64,000 nucleotides of DNA, taken from contig CAZSLI010000002.1 in the NCBI GenBank assembly GCA_964607705.1, positions 2,791-66,790 on the forward strand. Direction: 5' to 3'. Every line of letters begins with the position of its first letter. The stretch's first letter is position 1. Of this stretch, positions 51,195 to 59,917 are shown in pieces. This stretch comes from an uncultured Eubacteriales bacterium (lineage in GTDB: Bacteria; Actinomycetota; Coriobacteriia; Anaerosomatales; PHET01). The notes below the pieces were generated by a model that was not told where the DNA came from, searched no databases, and was given only the letters and a program-made list of their open reading frames with translations. A program made the position numbers and the translations under genes.

Positions 51195-54100
51195 CTAGCG
51201 GACGTACACCGTGCGGAACGTCGAGTACGACGGCGCGTGAGCGGTGTCCGCGTGGTATGCCCGTATGATCCACTTGCCCGTGTAGGGCAGCGACACGTAG
51301 CCGTAGTAGCGGCTGTAGCTGCTGTAGTTCTTCACCTTCACGCTGATCGTCTTGCGCAACTTGGGCTTGCCGCTCTCATAGCGGTAGCACTGGAGCTTGA
51401 CTGCGTAGGTGCCCGAGGAGTGGCGCGGCTTCAGGTTGCCGTACGTGCTGAAGCGCACGTTGCGTCCGGTTCTTGACGGCGCGTACGGCGTCGAGAGATA
51501 GACCTTCGGAGTCACTGCGAACACCTGCGTCGCTGCCGCGGCCTCGAAATCGGCGTCCGCATCGGTCGTCAGGCGGTACGAGGTCTTCACGGTTGGCTTG
51601 ACCGTGAAAGACACCTTGCCGGCTGCATCGGTCTGGCGGCTGTCGACTCTCCGCCAGCTCCCGGACAGGTACTCAAGGAAGACGGTCTTGCCCGGCAACG
51701 CTCCACTCTCCACGGCGCTCCACGAACCGCTGATCGCCGCGCTGCCGCCGTACGCGATGACGCTCGCCGAAGAAGCGCCCGAGAGCTGCGTCGACTCCTT
51801 GGGGTCTACCGAGAGACGTGTGGCACGAGCGGACTCGTTCCCCGCACCGTCGTACGCCACGAACTCCACCTTCACGGGGCGATAGCCCGACCACGACACC
51901 TCGTCGGGCGTCCAACTGGTCTCCCAGCTGCCGTCCGGGTTCACGGTCACCGGGAGTCTGATGGGCTCAGGCTGCCAACCGGCGCCGCTCCAGTACATTG
52001 CGTCCCGGGTGATCGCTATGCTTGCCGCGTCGATTCCGGACCGTGAGTCTGATGCTGTCCCGGAGAGCGTGACGGTTGCCTCGCGCGTCAGCGGGAACGG
52101 CACGTTCGCTTGAGCGATAGTGGCGCTGGGCGCCGAGGTGTCGAGCACTATCGAGTCGGAGGCCGTGGCCCCCACGGTATGGCTTGCGTCAGACGAGAAC
52201 CGGAACGTCACCGTCCGCGTACCCTCGCCTGCGCCTAGTGACAGCGTAGCCGCCGAGGACCCGCCGTAAGGCATCCACTCGCTGGGCGCACCGCCGTCAA
52301 CCTGATAGCTCACCGAAGTCGCTCCGACCGCGGACACCGTCGCCGTCACCGTCTGCGAGCCGGTGTACCGATCTCCGCCGTTGAGAGCGATCTGCGCTGC
52401 GATCGGCACCGCCGAGACGACGCCGGGCGTGGTGACTGAGACGAGTCCGTAGCCGTCGGTCGCATGCGCCTCGAGGGTGACCATCTCGCCGGGGATGATC
52501 TGATCGGGCGTCAGCGTCCAATCGTAGTACCAGCTGGCCCCGCCCGTGACAGGGAGCCAGACCTCGGCCCCGTTGTTCCAGCCGCTCCCGTTCCAACAAC
52601 GACCGGAACTCCGCCTTATCAGCACCTCGACGCCTTGAACCGTGCCTCCCGTGTCTGCGGCTGTACCCGAGATACGTGTGGTGTTTGCCGACAGCCTGAA
52701 TCCCGCCGCAGGTGAACTGATCGCGACGCTGGGGACCGACGTGTGCAGGACGATGTCGTCACTGGCCGAGGCCTCTACGCTGGCCCCTCCGGTGGACGAG
52801 AAGCGGAACCAGACGCGCTTCACGCCGTCACCGGCAGGCAGCGTGATACCGGTCGCCGAGGCGTACGGCTCCCACGCCGAGAAGGCGCTGCCGTCGAAGC
52901 TCATCTGCATGTGGGTGGGCGTGCCGGTGGTCGCCACGGACGCGATGATGCCGCGCGTCGTGGTGTAGGCCGCACCGGCTTGCAGTGAGACGGCGGCGGC
53001 GATGCCGACGCTCGAGTCCCTCTGGGCACTCGTCCCTTGCAGCCCCACGCCATCGGTCGCCCTGGCCGTCACCGAGACGATGTAGCCCGCGAGCTGATCC
53101 GTCGGCGGGACCGCCCAGTCGTACGACCAGCCGATGCCGGTCATCGGTAGCCAGAAGTCACCGGGCGTCCAGGCGAGGCCATTCCAACTACGCCCGTCCG
53201 AGCGGCGGATGCGCAGCTCCGTGGACGATATGATGCCGTCGACATCTGACGACGTACCGGATACGTGGACGAGCGGTGTGTTGAGCGAGAAGCCGGAGGC
53301 GGGAGTGGCCAACGCCACTTCGGGAATGCTGGTATGCAGAAGGATCGAGTCCGAGGCCGTAGCCTCGACACTGGCCCCGCCGGTGGACGAGAGCTCGAAA
53401 ATGACCGTCTTGGTGCCGTCGCCCGACGGGAGTGACACGGCGGCACTCGGAGCGTAGTCCTGCCAGCCCGTGAAGGTTGCTCCGCTGTCCACGCTCCACC
53501 GCATCTTGTTGGGAGTGCCCGTGGTGGCGAGGGATGCGGTGACTCCGGTGCTCGTCGTGTACGCCGCCCCGCCATTCAACGAGACGGCCGCCGCCACCGA
53601 GACGCTCGATGAGACCGTCGCCGCCGAGCCGACGAGTCCAACCATGTCTGTCGCGCGCGCCGAGATGGAGATGATCTGACCGGCGGCGAGTTGTCCTGCT
53701 GAAGGAGCCCAGCGGTACGACCAGTTGCCCGTTCCGGTCGCCGGGATCCAGGATGTTGCACTGCTCCATCCCGAGCCGGTCCAGGTGTAGCCGTCCGACC
53801 GTGTGATGAGCACTTCGACCGAGGTCAGGCTGCCTCCAGCGTCTGCCGCCGTCCCCGTGATGGTCACCGGCACACTCGTGAGCGAGAACCCGTTCGCGGG
53901 CTGTGCGATCGCGACGGAAGGCACGCTCGTGTGCAGCAGGATGGAGTCGCTTGCCGTCGCATCAGTCGTACCGTCGCCTGCCGATGAGAACTCGAACGTG
54001 ACGGTCTTCACGCCATCACCCGCGGTCAAAGTGACCGCCTTGCTTGCCGAGTACGGCTCCCAAGCGTTGTAGCCCGTGCCGTTGTTCCAGCGCATGCGAT

Positions 54101-56081
54101 TCGGCGTGCCGGTCGTCGCGATCGACGCGACAACGGTAGTTCCGCTGGCATACGTGTCGCCCGTGTTGAGCGCCATCGAGGCCACGACGGGCACGCGTGA
54201 CGTCACGCCCGCACTCGAGCCGGTGAGCCCGGCCGCATCGACCGCGCGTGCGGTGAGCGTGACCGCCCGGCCGGAAGCACGAACCGACGCATCCGGAGTC
54301 CAAGCGAGCTGCCAAGTCGCATAACCATCGCTCGTCGTCACCGGCAGCCAGGTCTCCGTGGCAGTCCAAGCGGTGCCGTTCCACGTCAGGCCGTCAGCCC
54401 GCTGGACGCGAACCGACACACTTGACACAGCACCTACCGCGTCGAATGCCGTGCCGGCTACGGTGACCGGCCCGTTCAGCGAGAATGCCGTGCTGGGACT
54501 GGTGAGCGCGACCGACGGCGCCTGGGTGTCGAGCGTGATGCCGTCGGATGCGGTTGCGGCGATGGTGGCTCCGCCGTCCTTGGAGAACTGGAAGGTTACG
54601 AGCTTAGCGCCATCTCCCGGCGGGAGGACCACAGAGGCGGCGGTGGAGTACGTCGACCAGCCGGTCCATGACGCTCCCCCGTCGACCGACCAGCGCATGA
54701 CGCTCGCCCCGGGCGCCGAGATGCTCGCCTGGACGGTGCCTTGCGTGGTCGTGGCGGCACCGGCGGCGAGCGCCACCGAGGCGACCATCGGGACCTGCGA
54801 CGAGACGGTCCCGCTGACGGTCGTCAGGGGCGTACCGTCGGTGGCGCGCGAGGTGACGGACACGATCTGACCCGAAGCCAAGTCGGCGGCTGAGGGAGTC
54901 CATGAGTAGCTCCAGGTGCTCCAGTCGCCTGCCGCCCGGGGCTGCACGGCGAGCCAGGTATCGGCACTCGTCCATACACCAGGCGTGCCGGTGAAGCACT
55001 GGCCGTCAGCGCGGCGGATCCGCACTCCTACCGACCGTACTCCCGTGCCTATGTCCGACGCGGTGCCCGTGATGAGAACCGGGGATGACGAGAGCACGAA
55101 GTCCGCAGATGGAGAGGCCAAAGAGATGCCCGGCGGGTTCGAGGGGACACTGACTGTCACCTCGGACGAATGTCCGTAGGCGCCGTTGGCGTCCCACGTC
55201 TGCACTGAATAGCGGTACTGCCGGCCCTCGCCCCTGATCGGCTGGGACAGTGTCAGGTCGGCGGCGGCGCTTGAGACCGACGGCGTGATGTCGTTCCATG
55301 CGCTGCTTCCGCCGTCCGCCCACCATGCCTTATAGAGGATGGGACGGGTCTCGAGCGCTGTGGTCGTGGTTGACGAGTACGGCCGCTTCCATGACAGCTG
55401 CACCGCTGAAGTGCCCGCAACGGACGTGAACTCGCGCGGCGGCCCATACTTCCAGCCGAAGAACTCGACGTCATCGATCGTGGGACCCAGACCGTCAGCG
55501 TCCATGGGCTTGTTCTCGAAACGTATGCGCGCGTAGCCCGCGCGTCGCGAAAGGCCGTATGGCGAGCTGCCCAAGTCGTAGCTCACCTTGCGCCAGCTTG
55601 CCGACGTGCCAAGTCGCGCAGGAGCGGAGAACTGGCTGCCTGCGACGCCCCAGTTCGCATAGAAGTCGTCTGCGGCGCCCATGCTCGGATTGATGAAGTA
55701 GTAGCTCAGGTCGCCGGTGTAGTAGTCGGCCATCTGAGGAAGATCGAACCGGATCTCGCTGCTGGCGTAGTAGGAGTACCCGTAAGTCGGATAGGTGCTG
55801 GCTAGGAGTGTGTCGCTTCCGCTGCACCACAGGCCGGTGGACCCCCCGTACACGCTGTTCTTCTCGCTAGTGATGGGACCCCAGGTGACGGCTTCGCTGC
55901 CATCGGCCCATGGCTGGGAGAACATCGTGTACTTGGGAGTGGTTCCGGGCTCGAATCCCTCACGACCGAGCAGCGAGACGCCGGACGTCGCAGGCCCGGC
56001 GAATGCGGGCGCAGGGATACACAGCGCCGCCGCGAGAGCGACCACCAGTAACGTTCTGAGAGAACGTGCCGGACGCTGCAC
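51195..56081 (-). CDS. 1628-aa secreted repetitive cell-surface protein (lectin-like N-domain, FN3, five and a half tandem double-Ig units, two C-terminal Ig-like domains)
   Basis: Signal peptide MQRPARSLRTLLVVALAAALCIPAPAFA. FN3-like aa 216-312. Repeats are delimited by ASD(S/G/D)I.L(H/D)T..P(S/E)VA. Thr/Ser/Gly/Ala-rich with no Cys-rich or haem motifs. Confidence 0.85.
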   Translation of the reverse strand: MQRPARSLRTLLVVALAAALCIPAPAFAGPATSGVSLLGREGFEPGTTPKYTMFSQPWADGSEAVTWGPITSEKNSVYGGSTGLWCSGSDTLLASTYPTYGYSYYASSEIRFDLPQMADYYTGDLSYYFINPSMGAADDFYANWGVAGSQFSAPARLGTSASWRKVSYDLGSSPYGLSRRAGYARIRFENKPMDADGLGPTIDDVEFFGWKYGPPREFTSVAGTSAVQLSWKRPYSSTTTTALETRPILYKAWWADGGSSAWNDITPSVSSAAADLTLSQPIRGEGRQYRYSVQTWDANGAYGHSSEVTVSVPSNPPGISLASPSADFVLSSSPVLITGTASDIGTGVRSVGVRIRRADGQCFTGTPGVWTSADTWLAVQPRAAGDWSTWSYSWTPSAADLASGQIVSVTSRATDGTPLTTVSGTVSSQVPMVASVALAAGAATTTQGTVQASISAPGASVMRWSVDGGASWTGWSTYSTAASVVLPPGDGAKLVTFQFSKDGGATIAATASDGITLDTQAPSVALTSPSTAFSLNGPVTVAGTAFDAVGAVSSVSVRVQRADGLTWNGTAWTATETWLPVTTSDGYATWQLAWTPDASVRASGRAVTLTARAVDAAGLTGSSAGVTSRVPVVASMALNTGDTYASGTTVVASIATTGTPNRMRWNNGTGYNAWEPYSASKAVTLTAGDGVKTVTFEFSSAGDGTTDATASDSILLHTSVPSVAIAQPANGFSLTSVPVTITGTAADAGGSLTSVEVLITRSDGYTWTGSGWSSATSWIPATGTGNWSYRWAPSAGQLAAGQIISISARATDMVGLVGSAATVSSSVSVAAAVSLNGGAAYTTSTGVTASLATTGTPNKMRWSVDSGATFTGWQDYAPSAAVSLPSGDGTKTVIFELSSTGGASVEATASDSILLHTSIPEVALATPASGFSLNTPLVHVSGTSSDVDGIISSTELRIRRSDGRSWNGLAWTPGDFWLPMTGIGWSYDWAVPPTDQLAGYIVSVTARATDGVGLQGTSAQRDSSVGIAAAVSLQAGAAYTTTRGIIASVATTGTPTHMQMSFDGSAFSAWEPYASATGITLPAGDGVKRVWFRFSSTGGASVEASASDDIVLHTSVPSVAISSPAAGFRLSANTTRISGTAADTGGTVQGVEVLIRRSSGRCWNGSGWNNGAEVWLPVTGGASWYYDWTLTPDQIIPGEMVTLEAHATDGYGLVSVTTPGVVSAVPIAAQIALNGGDRYTGSQTVTATVSAVGATSVSYQVDGGAPSEWMPYGGSSAATLSLGAGEGTRTVTFRFSSDASHTVGATASDSIVLDTSAPSATIAQANVPFPLTREATVTLSGTASDSRSGIDAASIAITRDAMYWSGAGWQPEPIRLPVTVNPDGSWETSWTPDEVSWSGYRPVKVEFVAYDGAGNESARATRLSVDPKESTQLSGASSASVIAYGGSAAISGSWSAVESGALPGKTVFLEYLSGSWRRVDSRQTDAAGKVSFTVKPTVKTSYRLTTDADADFEAAAATQVFAVTPKVYLSTPYAPSRTGRNVRFSTYGNLKPRHSSGTYAVKLQCYRYESGKPKLRKTISVKVKNYSSYSRYYGYVSLPYTGKWIIRAYHADTAHAPSYSTFRTVYVR
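52134..55136 (-). repeat. five tandem ~199-codon (~0.6 kb) coding repeats, with a partial sixth copy reaching about 51807
   Basis: Unit boundaries are at aa 316, 521, 720, 919 and 1117, and the last full unit ends at aa 1316. Each unit has two parts. The first is an Ig-like domain with ..(I/V)(T/S)GTA.D..G.(V/L)..V.V.I.R.DG..W.G..W. The second is a ..(L/I)N(G/T)G..YT....V.......G.P..M.......(F/Y)..W..Y......L..GDG.K.V.F.FS domain. Confidence 0.8.
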
Positions 56082-56095
56082 TTACCCACTACCCC

Positions 56096-56896
56096 TTAGC
56101 GCGCTGCGGGCACCTTCGACGCGATGTCGACTCCTAGCGCCTTGACGCTTGCCGGCTTAGTACCGGGCCGAACGGTGACCACCACTTCGAACGCGTACCG
56201 GCCGCGCGCGAATGCCACCGCCGCTACCCCTGCACCATTCGTGCCGAAGTAGCCTGAATCCACTATTCCTACACGCACGGGCTGAGCATCGACCGAATAC
56301 GGCCGCTTGACCGCGTTCTTCACGTAGGCCTGCGCCTTCGCTTCGGATCCCATGTCGTGTGCATAGACAGCAGCACGCGTCACGGTCGCGCGCGCCGCTC
56401 GGTCCTTCAAAGACGGCTCGAACGTGACCAGGGCATCAGAGCCCTGTACGGTCACACGGCCCTTGCTCCACGTCCCGTAAGACGAAGGAAGCAGAGTCCC
56501 GAGGTCCTTGACCGCCTTGGCGTACGGTCCGGCCGGCGGTGCCGCTGGTTCTTCGGCTGGTTGACCGCCCGAGACAGGGGTCTCGGTCGCGGGGGGCGCC
56601 TGCGCCGTATCGATCACACGCTTCGCAGTAGCGTTGTTCGGGTCCGCCTTGAGCGCCTTGTTCGCGAGCGCAAGGGCCGTCGCCGTCTGGTTCTGTGAGA
56701 GCGCCGCATCCGCGCTCGACGCAAGCTTCTCGGCCTCGAGGGTACCCTGCGTCACCGGTGCCGGTTCCTGCTGCTTCTTCGGCGCCGACAACGCTGACAT
56801 GCCGAAGATGACGGCCGCCAGACCCACAACCGCAGCACCCGCGATCGCGAGTTGCTTCCAGGTGAACTTAGGGCTGGCGTTCGGGTCCTTGGCCAT
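56096..56896 (-). CDS. single-pass membrane-anchored protein of unknown function (266 aa)
   Basis: ATG after GAGGGAG. One TM helix (LAIAGAAVVGLAAVIFGMSAL), a Pro/Ala/Glu linker and an extracytoplasmic globular domain of about 130 aa. It lies 21 nt after the 14-haem gene and 14 nt before the giant gene. Confidence 0.6.
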   Translation of the reverse strand: MAKDPNASPKFTWKQLAIAGAAVVGLAAVIFGMSALSAPKKQQEPAPVTQGTLEAEKLASSADAALSQNQTATALALANKALKADPNNATAKRVIDTAQAPPATETPVSGGQPAEEPAAPPAGPYAKAVKDLGTLLPSSYGTWSKGRVTVQGSDALVTFEPSLKDRAARATVTRAAVYAHDMGSEAKAQAYVKNAVKRPYSVDAQPVRVGIVDSGYFGTNGAGVAAVAFARGRYAFEVVVTVRPGTKPASVKALGVDIASKVPAAR

Positions 56897-56917
56897 GGGA
56901 ATGACGCTCCCTCGATA

Positions 56918-59917
56918 TCAGAAGACGTACGGGTAGTCTGCAGAGCTCATGTGACAGCCGCTCACGCACGAGCCACCGATCGGCTGACCGGAGCCCACCG
57001 TCTCGGTCCATTTCACCTCATCGCGCAGCAGATGCTTCTGCCGCGGGTTCCCGTGGCTCTCGTGGCACGAGCCGCACGCCATCCCGAGAGAGGCGTGATA
57101 CGAGTGCAGTCGGCTGGGTGTATCGGCGGTGTTGTAGAAGCCACTCTGCTTCACGCCATGCACCTCGCCGAGACCACTGACGTAGACGGCCGGCTCGTGG
57201 CACGTGACGCAGAGGCCGCTCGTGGAGTCGGCAGCGATAGCCACCTGCGGCTTCTTCAACAGCGGGAAGTTGGTCGAACGGTGAGGTCCTGCCGGCGTGG
57301 AGGCAGACGACCGGCCATGGCACGACGAACAGGTGAGCGTGTCGCCCGGCTGCGCGCCGTTGACGAGGACCTCTCCGAGCGAGTTGTCCGCGCGGGCCTC
57401 GCCCTCGATGGGATGGAACGACGCACCCAGCGTGTTGATCTCGGAGGCGATGCTGCGGACGTCGGCCGAAGCCCAACGGGAGTGGCAACTGAAGCAGACC
57501 TCGTACTCGGCGGTCGCGGTCTCGCGCTTCGAGGCGAGGCTCACCGTGCGCGAATCGATGTTCGTGGCTATGACTCCCTGAGCGCCGATGAGCGCGCCTG
57601 GCATCGAACTGGTGTCCGCGGATGCCGACTTGGCGAGGTGCGAGTTGTGACAGTCGGAGCACTCGACGTGCCGCGTGTCCATCGCGGACTCGGTCGACTC
57701 GTGTGCCCCGGGCGCCTGGCCAACCGTGTGCCGCGAGGGCCCGATCGCGCCTAGGTCCACTGCCACGACATGGGCGTTGCGCCCCGCCGCCTCGACACCG
57801 CCGACCTTGAGGTCGAACGAGCCGGTGACGTCTTGGCCGTCCACATCGGTCTGCAGCACCCTGAGCGACGGCGGCACGGCGTCCGCGGCGTGAGTGAAGG
57901 ATCCGGCGAGCGCCACGGTGACATCGCTCCGGCCGTCGCCGTTCGCATCGCCGAGCGCCAACCCGGAAGGCCTGGCGGCCGCAGGGGTGGCCGTGTCGAC
58001 CATCGAGACGAGCGGCGAGTCGGCTGACGGCATGATGCGCACGCCGCCGTCACCCGCCTCGTCAGTGAAGGTGACCGCGATCTCTCGGCCTGCCGTGCCT
58101 ACGGCCGGCGTCGCGCCGGGGAAGATGTCGCCCACGGCCAGCGCGCTCGCCTGCGCACCGGCAGCGAGCGGGCCGCCACCGGAGAGGTACTCTGTTCCAT
58201 TCGCCCTGTAGAGGGCGACCACGTCGGTCAGCTCGCCCGCGTAGGCCACTGCGATCTCTTTGGTGCTCGCCACGTCATCGATATCGGCGACTGCGGCGGC
58301 GACCGGCTGGCTCAGCGCGGCAACGTCCACATCGATCCGTAAACCGCCCAAGCCGTCGTCTGAGAGCACGTAGAGCCGGTCAGGCGCCGTGGTCGTGACC
58401 ACGATCTCCTCGCCCGGGCCGTCGGTCAGGTCGCCCAGGGCTATCGCCGTCGGGGTGCCCGTCACCGTCGCCGAGGACTTCGGCAGCATGGTGTGCCCGA
58501 GGACATTGGCGGTGATCACCTTGCCGGCGGCCGTCGTGTAGACGGTCTCGGGTGCGTCCATCAGGTCGAAGTAGACGTCGCCCACAGCAAGCGCGGTCGC
58601 CCGCTCCCCGCCGGGAAGCGAGAAGACGGTCTCGCTCACTATCCGGGACGCGTCGCGCTGTAGCATCGCCAGCTTCGCCGAGGACGTGCTGGCCACGAGC
58701 GCCTCGCCGGTGCTATCCCCGTCCACGTCTCCGGCGGCGATCGGGCCGATGGCGCCCAGGCCGCTCATGTCAGGGATCCGCGGGCCGCTGGGTATCGCCG
58801 CGGCTGTGGACTCGCGCGCGTAGAGCGCCACGCGGCCGTAGGCGGCGACCGATGCCTCGAAAGAGGCGAGCACCTCGAGACCGGGAGTCGTGGGACTGTA
58901 CTTCAGCGAGGCGAAGTCCGTCTTGGCCGGACCAGCCGCTTGGTGGCAACGGTCGCAAAGTGCGCGGCCCGAGGCGTCGAGGAGGTTGGGCAGCGGATTC
59001 CCTGTGCCATCCGAAGTACCCATCGCGTTGTGGCACGCCTGGCACTCGCCCACCGTGCGCGTGGCTCCGACACTCGCCCACTCCCCGCCCACCGGAACCG
59101 TGGATGCCGAGGAGGCGTGCGCGGAAGACGCGTACGCCGAGGAACCCGGCCAGACGCCGACACCGACACGGTGACAGCCTGCACACAGTGTCCGGTCGTC
59201 ACCCTTGACGGCAGCAGTCGCGGGCGCGGAAGGCGTGACCAGTGATGAGCGTATGTTCGCCTCGTAGGGTGAGCCATGCGGCTCGTGACATGCCGAGCAC
59301 ACGATCTTGGATGCCGTCGGCGCCTCGATGGCGGCATGAGGCGTCTTCGCCCAGATCGCCGCACCGGGGAAGCGGCTCGCGGAGCGCACCCAGTGGCATG
59401 ACGTGCAGAACTGGTCGCCCTGGTAGACGAGACTGCCGGTGACGGTTACCGAGCGGAGCAGGTCGGGGTACGGGGTCCCCGTCACAACGCGCGCCGAGCC
59501 GTGAGCGTCGTGGCAGGTACCGCATTGCTTGGACGCAGGGCCGAATGCCGATGGGCTCGGCGCGAGCAGATGCGCAGAGCTGGCCTCGAAGGACGACTGC
59601 ACGTCCGTGCCGGATCCCAGGGCGTCGACGCCGTGGCAGGTGTAGCACAACTCGACGTCTGCTTCGCCAGGGACCGCGAGCAAGGCACTCGACGTCGTGC
59701 CGGCTGAGTTCGTCCAGGTGCCCCTGCTCGGGGCGGAATGGGTCCTGTGGCACATCGCACAGACGTCGGTGTCGGCGGCGGCTGCAACGTGCGGCGGGAG
59801 AGTCGCTGTGGCCGAGGCAGGGGCTGCGGCAGCAGCATCGGGGTACGCGCATGCCAAGGCAACCGTCAGTGCGACGGCCGCCACGGCAAGTAGCCCGATG
59901 GTGTTGCGCAACCTCAC
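56918..59917 (-). CDS. 999-aa secreted multihaem cytochrome (8 + 6 haem motifs) interrupted by an FG-GAP/VCBS-like beta-propeller
   Basis: Signal peptide. 13 CxxCH motifs plus a C-terminal CVSGCH. The central part (aa ~345-735, nt 57713-58885) carries six or seven repeats of the type (A/G)(L/V)A(V/L)GD(V/L/A)(D/N/T)(G/D).....E(I/A)(V/A)V. Confidence 0.88.
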   Translation of the reverse strand: MRLRNTIGLLAVAAVALTVALACAYPDAAAAAPASATATLPPHVAAAADTDVCAMCHRTHSAPSRGTWTNSAGTTSSALLAVPGEADVELCYTCHGVDALGSGTDVQSSFEASSAHLLAPSPSAFGPASKQCGTCHDAHGSARVVTGTPYPDLLRSVTVTGSLVYQGDQFCTSCHWVRSASRFPGAAIWAKTPHAAIEAPTASKIVCSACHEPHGSPYEANIRSSLVTPSAPATAAVKGDDRTLCAGCHRVGVGVWPGSSAYASSAHASSASTVPVGGEWASVGATRTVGECQACHNAMGTSDGTGNPLPNLLDASGRALCDRCHQAAGPAKTDFASLKYSPTTPGLEVLASFEASVAAYGRVALYARESTAAAIPSGPRIPDMSGLGAIGPIAAGDVDGDSTGEALVASTSSAKLAMLQRDASRIVSETVFSLPGGERATALAVGDVYFDLMDAPETVYTTAAGKVITANVLGHTMLPKSSATVTGTPTAIALGDLTDGPGEEIVVTTTAPDRLYVLSDDGLGGLRIDVDVAALSQPVAAAVADIDDVASTKEIAVAYAGELTDVVALYRANGTEYLSGGGPLAAGAQASALAVGDIFPGATPAVGTAGREIAVTFTDEAGDGGVRIMPSADSPLVSMVDTATPAAARPSGLALGDANGDGRSDVTVALAGSFTHAADAVPPSLRVLQTDVDGQDVTGSFDLKVGGVEAAGRNAHVVAVDLGAIGPSRHTVGQAPGAHESTESAMDTRHVECSDCHNSHLAKSASADTSSMPGALIGAQGVIATNIDSRTVSLASKRETATAEYEVCFSCHSRWASADVRSIASEINTLGASFHPIEGEARADNSLGEVLVNGAQPGDTLTCSSCHGRSSASTPAGPHRSTNFPLLKKPQVAIAADSTSGLCVTCHEPAVYVSGLGEVHGVKQSGFYNTADTPSRLHSYHASLGMACGSCHESHGNPRQKHLLRDEVKWTETVGSGQPIGGSCVSGCHMSSADYPYVF

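Noticed and set aside
51276-51290. LPYTG (an LPXTG sortase-like motif) near the C-terminus of the 1628-aa surface protein.
   Set aside because: The motif is followed by KWIIRAYHADTAHAPSYSTFRTVYVR. This has no hydrophobic membrane-spanning segment or typical charged tail, and no sortase gene is nearby. Most likely a chance match.
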